This document shows, piece by piece, positions 1 through 11,909 of a stretch of DNA of 64,000 bases (positions within the stretch are counted from its first letter, which is position 1; each line of letters begins with the position of its first letter). Below the pieces are notes generated by a model, which saw only the letters and a list, made by a program, of their open reading frames with translations, was not told where the DNA came from and did no database searches. The DNA is taken from NCBI GenBank assembly GCA_963791045.1, contig CAWBQK010000018.1, forward strand, positions 1-64,000. Direction: 5' to 3'. Source of the stretch: Candidatus Latescibacterota bacterium. Lineage in GTDB: Bacteria > Krumholzibacteriota > Krumholzibacteriia > WVZY01. The position numbers were made by a program, and so were the translations under genes.

Positions 1-34
1 AAGATGGTGATCTTGAAATAAAGGAGCGCGAGCG

Positions 35-2141
35 ATGAGACGACTTGTATTCGCAATAATAACAATATCAGCCGCGGTTTGCCTTTGCGCCATGGCGGGC
101 ACAGTCCCGCGACTGGTCAACTACCAGGGGATCCTGACGGATACCAGCGGGATGCCGGTCACAGGTACGCCGAATCTGACATTCACTATCTATCCGGATA
201 GCGCCGACAGCGCTCCCACATACTGGACTCAGACCCATACAGGCGTCGTGGTGGAGAACGGTTTGTTCAACGTCATCCTCGGCCCCATGCCAGACAGCTT
301 GTTCGCCGGCGACGAACGGTGGATCGGCGTTCAGATGAACGGGGACTCGGAGATGAAGCCAAGGATGCGACTCACGGCGGTGCCGTACGCGTTCCGGGCG
401 GCAGTGGCGGATACGGCGTTGGTAATCATGGATGTCACTTCCCACAATCACAATTCGTTAGTTGCTACTGCCGGCGACACCACCGTTCATGTTGACTCCA
501 ATGGGAACACCAATATCAAGGGTGGTGTGGCGATAGGGAGCAATTATGGAGCGGCGAGCGCGCCGACTAATAAGGTCGTTCCACAGCCCGACATTGATGA
601 TGGGAAGAAGAAGGGTGTCATTTCTTCACCGAACATTGTTTCGCCCGCCGAAATCCCCAATCGAGTTGCGCCGCCCGCCGATGGCATGATCATCGAAGGC
701 GATGTGGGGATAGGAACGGACTCGCCGGGTGCGAAGCTGGACGTTGCCGGGTCGACAAGAACTCAGGCATTTCAGATGCCCACCGGGGGCCACGTAGATT
801 ACGTTCTCACATCTGACTCGACTGGTGTGGGAACGTGGGAGCCGGTCACGGATGTGACCCGTGTTCCACTAGTCCTGTATGCCGATCAGTTTGCCGGAAC
901 AACCGTAGGCGAGAAAATAACCGCGGCGATTGAAACCATCCCGGTTGGAGCGGGTTACCCCGACACGCCTGGGGCCATTATTGATGCTCGCGGCGCCGTG
1001 GACGACGATGATCCCCAAAAGCGAACGATTGAAAACAATATGTTTGCCACCCTCGGCGATCGCACAATCACTCTTCTTCTCGGTGCGGGGACATATCTGA
1101 TCAATACTGAACAAAAGATCGAGAATCTGACATCAGTGGGTGGTGTGACATTGGTCGGGCTTGGTAGAGCGACAGTCCTCAAGCCGCTACGCGGAATGGA
1201 CGTTCTTACCGGCGATCGAGTGGCGGTATTTGAAATAAAAAACGTGCGATTTTATCTGAACAATACCAATTCGACCGCCATCTTCGCCAGGAACGTGAAA
1301 TGGGCGGAACGATAATTGAACGAATTTGGATCGACGGGTCTTCCGGATCCAATCCGCTCATCAGAGTCGGAGTTGATTTTGACAATGAGTCAGCGATGGC
1401 CGGGGTTGTCAGGGATGTGTGGATCTGGTGGAAACGGTCAATGCGACGGAATTTTGGTAGGGGCTGAAATTACGTTGATCGACAACGTGTCGGTGGCTTG
1501 GTGCGATGTTGCCGTTCAAATTCACGCCGGTACGGATAACGTCATTTCGAACAGTTATCTCGGAGATTGCAGGCATGCGTTGCTTGTGGATGGGAATTCA
1601 CGTAATCCAACCACTATTTCATTCGTGGGAAACGACTGTGAGAGTCGTTTCAGTCAAAGCCACATCAAGATCACTGGCACATACTCGTATCCGGTGCATA
1701 ACATCGTGATCCGAGACAACTATTTCACAATGAACGAACCTCAGATGGATGGCGTAACATTGGAACATGTGAACGGTGTTGTAATCCAAGGAAACATTTT
1801 CCAGGGCGGGTTTCCCGGTGCTGCGGGTGAGGCCGTTGTTTTCGTCGATGATGTCAAAAATGTGTTCATCGCTGGGAATGTTTTGAGACGCTACCAGTCA
1901 CATGCCTGGATACGACACGGAAGCGGGTCTTACGGTTAACGATGTCACGGCAACGCAATCGAGTTCCCGGGGTGGTTTTGGCATGGGGCTGGACGTCGGC
2001 GGACCATTGAGCTGTCCGACATCATAAGGTTGTCGCCCTCTTCAGCGCCGAATGATCCGCGTGCCGGATGACATATATATGGATGAAACCACGTTGAAAC
2101 TCATGGTATTTGATGGCGCTACTTGGCGTTCATGTTGGTAG
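35..2141 (+). CDS. Secreted protein with N-terminal 'NYQGxL' domain, GDVGIGT motif and pectin-lyase-like beta-helix; split by several indels
   Basis: SD AAGGAG upstream, signal peptide, VPRLVNYQGILTD. The ORF-track pieces 35-1315 and 1316-1939 are bridged by an alternative frame (GGTIIERIWIDG...VVRDVWI). Beta-helix-like repeats (IVIRDNYF, VVIQGNIF, VFIAGNVL). The likely C-terminus IYMDETTLKLMVFDGATWRSCW* ends at TAG 2139-2141. Confidence 0.65.
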
Positions 2142-2165
2142 TCGATCGATCACGTGGGGGAGATT

Positions 2166-5100
2166 ATGAAAAAGAATGTATTCGTGTTTCTGATTGTTGT
2201 GCTGTGCATAAGCAGCCTGTTTGTTTCAATTACGGCGAAGAGTGAAGAACAATTTAAAACGGAAGGATTCTCCGATACGACCAAGTGGAACGGTGGGGCA
2301 ACCACTGCGTTCTGGGACACTCTCGGTGGTGCACTTAGGCTCCACCCGTTTGAAATACAGACGCTCGCAAGCAGGACGTACAATGCCCAAGATATCGATG
2401 TCGACGGTGACTACGCATTTGTGGCCATTGGCAGCGACGGGATAGCCATCATTGATATCAGTCACCCTGACACCCTGATGCAGGTCAGTGTTTTCAATAC
2501 GGATGGAGAGGCACGAGGTGTCGCTGTCGTGGGTGATTATGCTTACGTGGCTGACTATTCGCGCGGATTGACCATTATTGATATTGCGAACCCGTCGAAC
2601 CCCGATGAAGTGGGTCAATACGATGGCACGGGCGGCGCTGAAGATGTCGCCATATCTGGAAATCACGCATACATCGCAAACAACTATGAAGGTCTATTGG
2701 TCCTTGATGTCAGCGATCCTGCTTATCCCCAATTCTCGGGGAGTTTTGGCTCAATTGGTACGGCACATGGTGTGGCTGTATCCGGCGATTACGCGTATCT
2801 GGCGACTTCGCAGGGGCTACATCTAAAATGCGTGGCCGACCCGGAAAATCCAACGCACGTGAACGTGAAAATTCTACCAGGAGATGCCCGCGACGTTGCT
2901 GTGGACGGGGGGATGGTGTATGTCGTGTCAACCGAAGGTGCCCCATTATACGGAAGCCTCAGAGTTTTCGAGGTGGACGTCACCAAACAGACCTCTCCGC
3001 AAGAAGTTGGATGCCTTTTCACAGGCGTCGACGTGGAGACCATCGAAATCAATGGTGATTATGCGTATATCGGGTCCGCCGATGGGGTGATCGTCGTGGA
3101 TATTAGCGTTTGTGGTGATGACGGAGCAGGCAATCGAGACCCCGCGGAAGTTGGTCGTTACGAGGCCGTGGGATTGGTAAACGGAATCTGTATTACCGGT
3201 ACTCGTGCTTATCGGCGGGCGCCTCGGGCGTGTATACCCTCAGAGTGGCTGAGCTCAATGTGCCCCCGATTCTGGTCGAGTCCGTTCCGACCGCTGGATC
3301 ACCTTACAGGACCGTCGTTCACGGCGAACGTGCCTTTGTCACGGATGCCAATGGTGGCGAGATCAGCATAGTCGATATCAGCACGCCGACCTCCCTCCCC
3401 ACGCCGATCGTACGGACACTCCTGGAGATGCCAGTCGATTAGCGATCAGTGGAACCAAGGCCTATGTCGCCGATGGAAATCCTGGGTTTTTGGTCTTGGA
3501 TATATCCAACCCGGATGCTCCGACGTGGTATGGCAACGTGGACACGGGCGGTGATGCCGTTGATGTGGCAGTTGTTGGAGACACACTGTTTGTCGCCGAC
3601 GAGTCCACGGGGATTGATTGGTTTAACATCGCCGGTGACAATGAACCGCGCCCGTCAAGCTTGGATGGCGATGATTGGGATGGTACTCCGGAGGACGTTA
3701 TCCTCGTTAGTAATGGATATATTGTGGCCACAGGGGACGAGGGTGTCGTCATGCGCATCTTCGGCGGAGATATACTGCAAGTCGATACTCCTGGTTACGC
3801 ATTCGGATTAACATATGATGAGCGGGGTTATGTTTAGGGTGAGATTCAGATTCAGTTTTCATCCTAGATCCCGAAAATTCTCTGAAAACGATTGGCAAAT
3901 ACGGGACTTCCGGGTTGCACGGAATATCGCGGTCCGAGATTCGATAGCCTACGTTGCCGATGGTGACTTCGGCATGTTGGTGCTGGATGTGAGCGATCCG
4001 GAGTTGCCGGATTCGATTGGGTTTTGGAACCTCGGAGGGCCACCCTACGATATTGTTGTCGGGGAGGCACGATCTTGCTCTGTCCGGAGATTCAGGAGGT
4101 TTGTTGCCAGTTACGCGCAAGGCTTGCGTATAGCAAGCATTGAGACACCGTCAACTCCGGTTTGGGTGGGTTGGGCGAAACCGTCTCGAGATGCTGCTGA
4201 GTGCCGTTTCACGCGAGTTGGCATCGACGGCAGGCACGTGTTTGTGTCGGATGCCAACTATGGACTAATGATCTTCGACATCGATTCGGGCCACTACAAT
4301 CCCATGGATTTGATTGGTGAATGCCGCACGCCGGGTATTATCCATGCGTCCGCGGTTCTGGGCGAACTCGTTTATATCGCTGATGGAGATCGTGGCGTAC
4401 AGGTTGCAGATATCAGTAACCGGACGATGCCACGGTTGTTTTGCCGGTATGATACCCATAGTCACTCATGGAGTGTGGCTGTCGATGGAGACCGCGCCGT
4501 TGTTGCGGATAGAGGATTTCTTCACAACCAAAACGGCCTGCATCATCTCGATGTTTCTGAACCGGTTCTGCCCAGTTTTACTGCCCTTTATCCTGGAGGG
4601 AGCAACTCCGGCTACAATGGCGAAGTTGGTATAAGAGGTCACTATCTTTATTGTGCGGATCCATACACCGGTTTTGGGATTATAAACATTGACAGTCTCG
4701 CAGCCGGAGCGGACGACATTCCGGACACAGCGGTAAATGACCAGACAACCGTTCTCACGGCATTTGAGCTTTGTGGTAACTACGCGTACCTCGTGTCATC
4801 GTGGTACGGGTTTATCCCGCTTGATATTAGCGATCCGATTAACCCTACAGGGACAAACAATGGCAGTTATGGGGCGTCGAACCATATGCACATCGAGGTT
4901 GCGGGCGACCACGCTTTTATTGCGAGCAATGTCAGCGGGCTTCAAGTCGTTGACATCTCAGAACCCACTACGCCTGCGCTCGTTCCCGGCGCGAATCATT
5001 ACACGCCCGCGGCTCGAGGGGTGACACTTCATGGTGACCATGCGTTCGTCGCGGATCTGACAAATGGGTTGAATGTCTTTGCCGTGTATGAAAGACAGGT

Positions 5101-6484
5101 CGAACCGCTCGAAAGACTGGCAGTCTCCAGTACGGTCGTTACTACCGAACGCCATATCGTGCGCGCTGTACTTTCAACCGAACAAGAAGATTCGATCGCA
5201 TGGGAGCTGAATGTTCGCGGCGGGGATGAGGCGAGCTGGGAACATGTCATCCCGGGCGAGATCGATGGTCTGTCAGGTAAGCCGGTTGTATTCGATTCGA
5301 CTGGGACCGATCTCGTGTGGCGGGCCAATCTATATAAAGTAAAACCAACGCCTCCGTCCTGCGATTCTTTAATCATAGATTATTGGTTTGACTGTCCAAT
5401 CATCGACGATGTCGTGGACATTCCTGAAGACCAGGGCGGATGGACACGTGTGTATTTCTCGCGTTCAGGATATGATTTTCCGGATGTCGATCTCCCAGTC
5501 GACGATTATTTTGTGTGGCGGCTTGCGGACGTGGACACGTTCGTTGCCAAATCAAACACTGATGGTCTCCTAACGAGGGACGATAAATCCCTTCCTCAAC
5601 ACTCCCCGAAGCCCAACCAATTGGCGGCCATGCAAGGCCGATATGACACATATGTTCAGGATGGACGGTTTTACCTTATGTCGACCGAGAGCGATTCGGA
5701 TGGGTTTCCCGAGGGGGCATGGGAAGCTGTTGGACGTATCGCCGCCTTGCAGCAAGACTCGCTTGTCGTTGCCGTTCCGACCCTTCTTGATCAGAACACC
5801 AACACGATTCTCCCGTACGATCCGTGGTATACCTATGTTGTTTCCGCACACAGAACTGATCCGAATCTCTGGTATGTCAGCCCGCTTAAGAGCGGTTTCT
5901 CCGTCGATGATGTCGCCCCGGATCCGGTGGAGAGTATGACCGCAACGGCAGTCCCGGGCGGGGGCCTAAGACTGTCTTGGGACCCATGCCAAGCCGATGA
6001 TTTCAATGAGTATCGGTTGTATCGCGGGGAATCCGATGATTTTGTTCCGTCGGAAGCAACTCACGTGAATTCCACGACAGAAACGTTTTGGGACCGACAC
6101 AAATCCACCGTCCCAGTGTCACTACAAAGTCACGGCGGTAGATTGCGCGGCAACGAGAGCGAACCCGCGGTGGCAGAAGTGTCTGAGATCCCGTTCATCC
6201 CGGACCGGTTCGCGCTTCACAACAGCGTCCCGAACCCGTTCAACCCGGTGACGACGATCACCTACGACGTCCCGCCCGGTGGGGGAGTGGTGACCATCCG
6301 TGTGTTCGACGTGGCCGGGCGCCAGGTAAAAACGCTCGTAAACGAAAACCAGTACGTCGGCCGAAAAACGGTGAAATGGTACGGAAAAAACGACCACGGT
6401 GACCAGGTCGCAACCGGGGTGTACTTCTACCGGATGCAGGCGCCGGGTTACGTGAAGACAATGAAAATGACGCTTCTGAAATAA
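2166..6484 (+). CDS. Large secreted LVIVD-repeat (beta-propeller) protein with Fn3-like and FlgD-Ig/T9SS-type C-terminal domains; frameshifted
   Basis: Signal peptide MKKNVFVFLIVV. Many 'GDYAYVAD...GLxIxDIS.P' repeats continue across ORF pieces 2154-3371, 3230-3442, 3490-3837 and 3815-6484. C-terminus NSVPNPFNP...TMKMTLLK. Confidence 0.85.
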
Positions 6485-6615
6485 CGGAGAAAAAACCAAA
6501 AAATACGAACAGATTTGATCGGCAGGCGAATGAGGAAGATGATACCATTGTCCGAGGGGGTTAACATGATTCACGCGCCGAAGCGTAAACCTTGTCACAG
6601 ACTCAGGACAATGAT

Positions 6616-7574
6616 ATGCAACCAACAAAAGAAAATCCCTTCGCCGTTTTCCTGGAGCAGCAAAATGTAATGGTGCTCGACGGCGGACTGGCCACTACGC
6701 TCGAAGCGCTTGGGTACGATCTGAACGATGAATCTGTGGTCGGCGAGGATACTCCTTGAAGCGCCGGATGCGATACGACAGGTGCATCTGGAATTCCTCG
6801 ACGCGGGAGCCGACTGCATCGTGACATCGAACTACCAGGCGAGTTTTCCTGGATTCCACAAGAGGGGGCTGGACGACAAAGCGGGCGCCAGGATAATGCG
6901 TCTCGCAGTCGATCTGGCCGTCGACGCGCGCGACGAGTTCTGGAGCCAGCCCGCCAAACAGCAACACCGGCTTCGCCCACTGGTCGCGGCGAGCGTGGGG
7001 CCATACGGCGCGTATCTCGCCGACGGATCGGAGTTCGTGGGCCAGTACGGGGTAGGCGATGACGTGCTGCGCGAGTTTCATGAGAAGCGCCTGGGTATTC
7101 TCGCGGAAAGCCGGGCGGACCTGCTGGCATGCGAAACCATCCCTTCACGGCAAGAGGCGGATGTTCTGTTGAAGATAATCGGGGAAACGCCCGCCGGGTG
7201 GTCGTGGGTGAGCTTCAGTTGCCGCGACGGTAAACATCTCAGTGACGGCAGTCCAATAGAGGATGTTGCGCGGGATTGTGACGCCGAGCCGCTCGTCGCG
7301 GCCGTGGGCATCAACTGCACATCGCCGAAGTACGTCTCCTCGTTGATCGCCGAAGCTCGCAAGGGGACCGATAAGCCGATCATCGTTTACCCGAATTCGG
7401 GCGAGCGCTACGAGTCGGAGCAAAAAAAATGGGCCGGCGCCGATAGTGCCTGTCGATCTTGCCGGGGCATCCCATGAGTGGGTTCGCCTGGGCGCCGCCG
7501 CTGTCGGCGGCTGCTGCCGGGTAGGGCCGGAGGACATTGTGAAGGTTCGCAAGCAACTTGTTGTAATTGAGTAG
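6616..7574 (+). CDS. mmuM: Homocysteine S-methyltransferase (frameshifted near 6730 and 7460)
   Basis: ATG 6616 gives MQPTKENPF...VLDGGLATTLE, then LWSA, ASVGPYGAYLADGSE, ACETIPS, GINC and VYPNSGE. The Zn-binding GGCCRVGPEDI lies in another frame, which ends at TAG 7572-7574. Confidence 0.9.
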
Positions 7575-7737
7575 GTTAATAGTGCTAGCGTGCGCTCCGC
7601 CCATGGCCCGGATTCGCCCGCTGGAAGCGCCCGCGACCCCGTCGGGAGAGGTGGAAACCCGCTCAAGAACACGATATACGGTCGACGCGTGGAAGAACGA
7701 TTCCGCATAAAATGTCAGTTAAAATTGAAAATTTCCT

Positions 7738-7765
7738 TTGACAAGCCTGATTGAAGTGTTAAGTT
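7738..7765 (+). promoter_or_regulatory. Sigma70-type promoter of RRM gene 1
   Basis: TTGACA (7738-7743), 16-nt spacer, TG-n-TAAGTT (7757-7765). The same layout recurs upstream of RRM gene 2. Confidence 0.65.
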
Positions 7766-7969
7766 GAGATAACTCACGGAATAACCCTGCGCCGCTCGCT
7801 TCCGCAAACTTCACCCCATGCAGTTTCGACACCCGGATCAGAGTCTATTTCACCGAGTTCAACGTGTTTTGCCTTTGGCATTTCACGGTAACCATGTAGC
7901 CGCGGCCGCCGCGATAATATCAAAAGCGCCGCAAGAATTGTTTTCGAGGGGTGAAAAGGAGTTATTCGA

Positions 7970-8251
7970 ATGAGTAACAAAAGACTATACGTAGGAAATC
8001 TCCCATTTGACGCGACCGACGACGCCGTCCGCACCGCCTTCGAGGCGTTCGGAACCGTTCATGACGTGTCGCTCGTCACCGATCGCGAAACAGGCCGCCC
8101 GAGAGGTTTCGGCTTTGTTGAGATGGATGCCTCAGCGGCTTCCGCTGCGATCGAGGGACTCAATGACAAAGATTTCGGCGGACGCAACATCACCGTGAAC
8201 GAAGCGCGCGAGCGCAACTCACGTGGTGGCGGCGGCGGTGGACGTCGCTAG
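7970..8251 (+). CDS. RRM (RNP-1) RNA-binding protein with Gly/Arg-rich tail
   Basis: RNP2 LYVGNL, RNP1 RGFGFVEM, tail RGGGGGGRR, SD AAGGAG. Confidence 0.95.
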   Translation: MSNKRLYVGNLPFDATDDAVRTAFEAFGTVHDVSLVTDRETGRPRGFGFVEMDASAASAAIEGLNDKDFGGRNITVNEARERNSRGGGGGGRR

Positions 8252-8273
8252 GATTTCGAATCGCTATTCAGCG

Positions 8274-8311
8274 AAAAGAAGGGGGTCGCCGTGGCGGCCC
8301 CCTTTCTTTTT
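8274..8311 (+). terminator. Rho-independent terminator (potentially bidirectional)
   Basis: AAAAGAA-GGGGGTCGC-CGTG-GCGGCCCCC-TTTCTTTTT. Confidence 0.8.
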
Positions 8312-8372
8312 CGCTGTTCCCAACAACAAATAAGATGACCAGCCGAGACCTTCTACTCGAGAAAGGCGCACA

Positions 8373-8555
8373 ATGGCAAAACGCGGCAAGTACGGACTCG
8401 ACAAACGCCTTAAAGAAATCAAGAAAAAGAAAAAACGGGATGAGAAGCTCGAGAAAAAACGGCTAAAGAAAGAAGACGCTCTGGCCGAGACCACGGAAGG
8501 TCAGGAAGAATCCGCGGAAACGACGGAAGAGGAATCGGAGACTGAAACCGAGTAG
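8373..8555 (+). CDS. Small highly charged hypothetical protein (Lys-rich N-half, Glu-rich C-half)
   Basis: 60-aa ORF with purine-rich SD (GAAAGG), followed by its own hairpin CCCCGCGG-TCATG-CCGCGGGG at about 8591-8611. Confidence 0.6.
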   Translation: MAKRGKYGLDKRLKEIKKKKKRDEKLEKKRLKKEDALAETTEGQEESAETTEEESETETE

Positions 8556-8919
8556 AGTAAAACGATCGCGTTACACTTCCGACACCATCACCCCGCGGTC
8601 ATGCCGCGGGGATTTCATTGTCAACCCCGCCGGCAATCTCACGAATTTAGATCACCGCACGCGCTTCTCGAAGAATTAGGCACCCCGAATTCAAAAAAAT
8701 ATCCAACGCCCTATGATTGCGAATGACAATTGGTTGTTGCGCGCAATTTCGAATAGATGCGTGTGGTGGTTTCGTAGCGAAGAGAAAAACGAGTGCGTAA
8801 TCCGTCAATAAGCGAACGCATGAATCGTCGACAGCCAAGTGTGTGCTATAATTGAGGAGTTAAAAAGTCCGAAAACAGCTCGGGAAACAGCTTTTCAATA
8901 GGACAACAGGAGGTTCGTA

Positions 8920-11675
8920 GTGGGTGCGATTCTCAAAGGGCAATTTCAAAGAGTTCTTCTGGCTCTCTGTCTCGTGGCAGTCGGGTGTAGTTTGTTGTGC
9001 GTTCCGACTGCTCAGGCCGTTCCTGTGTGGGGTGAACTGTTTGAACTGGAACAACCCGACGGCAGCCGGGTGGAGGTTCTCATCTGGGGTGATGAGTTCT
9101 ACCGTGTCGTTGAATCTCTCGACGGGTACACACTGGTTCGCGATCCCGCCTCGGGTGCGATCTGCTACGCGCGCCTTTCGGCGGACGGGAACGAACTCGA
9201 GTCGACGGGTGTTCGTCTCGGCAGCGCGGACGCGAACACACTTGGAATCGAACCGCACATCCGCATAAACCCCGAAGCGAGCCGCGCCATAATTAATGAA
9301 GCCCGGCGTTACGCGTCCCAGGGAGACCGCGAAGTGATGGAAGGGTTGAACCTCGCGCCATCCGCGGAGGGTCCTCCTTCGAGCGGTGCCGTGGAGGCTA
9401 TCTGCCTGATCATCGATTTTAGCGATGAAGTCGCGACCATCCCCGCGAGCGAAATAGACGACTACTGCAACCTCCCCGGCTATACGGGGTACGGCAACAA
9501 CGGCTCCGTGCGCGATTACTTCTATGATGTATCCGACGGCAACCTCACCTACACGAATTTTGTGCCGACCGCTTATTATCGAGCCATACAACCCAAGAGC
9601 TATTACGATGACTGCGCGGCGCCTTACGGGGAGCGAACTCGAGAACTCATTATTGAGGCGCTCACGGACCTTGACAACAACGGGTTTGATTTCAGCCAGT
9701 ACGATGCAAACGACGACGGTCTGATCGACGGTATCAACTGTTTCTACGCGGGAGTGACCGATTGCGGGTGGGCGAACGGTCTGTGGCCGCACTCGTGGAC
9801 GGTATCATTCAGCGCGGACGGCGTGAGCACCTACAAGTACCAGGTCACGGGTCTTCGAGCCACCGGCCCCACGCTTAGCACGTTCTGTCATGAAAACGGT
9901 CACATGTTGTGTTACTGGCCCGATCTCTACGATTACGACGTTGATCCCTATGACTCGTACTGGCGTTGGACGGTTCTGTCTCATGTGCGCCTCTACATCA
10001 GCAACCAACCCGCAGGAGCCGTGCGCGTATCTAAAAGACTTCTCCGGCTGGGCGACCACTACGGTTTTGACCGCACCGCATACCGAGGTGACGGTCCCTT
10101 CGAATTCGAACACAATATTCAAGTACGAGCATCCGACCCTCGCGAACGAATTCTATCTCTTTGAAAACCGTCAAAAGACGGGGCGGGATTCCGGCCTGCC
10201 CGATGCCGGCCTCGCCATCTGGCACATCGACACCGAGGGCAACAACAGCGATGAGGACATGACACCGGAGTTGCACTATCTTGTCACTCTTGTTCAGGCC
10301 GACGGACGACTGGGATCTGGAAAACTGGGTCAATTACGGAGATCAGACCGACCTTTGGTCGTCTCCCACACACGTCGACTGCACGCCGAACACGAACCCG
10401 AATACGAATTGGTGGGATGGGACCGCATCGGGTTTGTACGCGACCAACATCAGCGCGAGCTCCTCGTCGATGACCTTTATGTTCAACCCAATTTGCGACG
10501 TATTCCCGGAGACGCTCGATTTCAACCCCGTCGCCGTGGGCGACTCGCTCGACCAGACGTTCACGATCGTGAATCTCGGTGCGAGCCCGCTCGTCGGGAG
10601 TGTCAGCGAGACGTGCGATCCATTCACAATCGTCACCGGAGAGAGCTACAATATAGCCCCCGGCGGTTCGCACGATGTCACGATCCGTTACAAGCCGACT
10701 GCCGTGGGCTCCGACGACTGCACGATCGATACCGGATCGATTTACTGCGACGCGGTGTACTGCACCGGCGAGTCGTTCATACGCGAGTGCATTGTCGAAC
10801 CGGACACGCTTGATTTTGGGACGGTGGAGGTGTCATCGTTCTCGCAGCTCTCATTCAAAATCAGAAACGACGGCGCGGAGATTCTGAGCGGAAATCTGAC
10901 CTATGCGTGCACCGGGTTCATTGTTCCAACGACTTCTTATGTTATCGCTCCGGGTGATTCCATATTGGTGACCGTAATGTTTCTCCCGCAATCGCTGGGA
11001 CCATACGAGTGTGTCATCGATACGGACTACGGGCTCTGCAAGGATGTCGTCTGTATCGGGACCGCCGCCGATCTGACGCCACCTCCGCCGCCCGAAGGGT
11101 TCGACGTTGCGTTCAGTAACACCACTGGAAATCTATTGAGCTGGGATTCCTCCCCGGCATCCGATTTTGACACGTTCAAAATCTACCGGTCAGAGAACGG
11201 GGAATTGCTCCTCGATTCACCGCCGGACACGACCTGGCTGGAAGTACATTCGACGCCGGACACGACATGGACCGATCCGATTTCCGACGGCTGGCAGTAT
11301 CGATACGTGGTTACCGCGCTTGACGGGTCGGGAAATGAGAGCCTGCCGGCAGCGCCGACGGTCCTGACCGGCATAACCGGCAACGCGGCCCCGCTCAAGT
11401 TTGCGCTCCACCAGAGCGTTCCGAACCCGTTCAACCCGACGACCACAATATCCTATTCGGTGCCCGCCGGTGGGGGACTGGTCACGATTCGTGTGTTCGA
11501 TGTGGCGGGCCGGCTGGTCAGAACTTTGATGAACGGCCAGGCGCCGCCTGGAACGAACACGGTGACCTGGGACGGGCGCAACGACAACGGCGAAAATGTG
11601 GCCACCGGTATTTTCTTCTGCCGGATGCAGGCGCCTGGTTTCGAGCAGACAATGAAAATGACTTTGCTGAAATGA
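8920..11675 (+). CDS. M6-family (immune inhibitor A-like) metalloprotease with Ig-like/ASH-type repeats, Fn3-like and FlgD-Ig/T9SS-type C-terminal domains; frameshifted near 9960 and 10305
   Basis: SD AGGAGG. Propeptide QPDG...WGDE; NNGSVRDYFYDVSDG; LWPH; zinc motif CHENGH...PDLYD; YLFENRQK...GLAIWHID; two 'P.TLDF..V.V' repeats; QSVPNPFNP...MKMTLLK. Confidence 0.9.
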
Positions 11676-11909
11676 TTTGGAAATGCTTTCCGGCGGGGCG
11701 CGATCGGCGCCCCGTTTCCGGACGCAGGTAAACAGGACGTTATGAAAGCCCGGCGGTACCCGACCCCGGAGAGGTCAAGTCTGGATGGAAGTTCGAAAAT
11801 GCCTGTAAGGATTGTCCGTTTTGTCCGACAAACCTGCAGACACACACCTTTTGAGCAGACATTTATTTTTGACCAACAGCGATGAACAAAGCAGCATTAG
11901 GAGTCGGGG

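Noticed and set aside
1313-1315. Read-through of the TAA between same-frame ORFs 35-1315 and 1316-1939
   Set aside because: An alternative frame across this stretch gives beta-helix-like sequence, consistent with two compensating indels.
2069-2071. TGA in the first gene as selenocysteine
   Set aside because: The sensible continuation (DIYMDETT...) is in a different frame, so this is an indel, and there is no redox motif.
6485-6615. SAM or cobalamin riboswitch upstream of mmuM
   Set aside because: No recognisable consensus elements.
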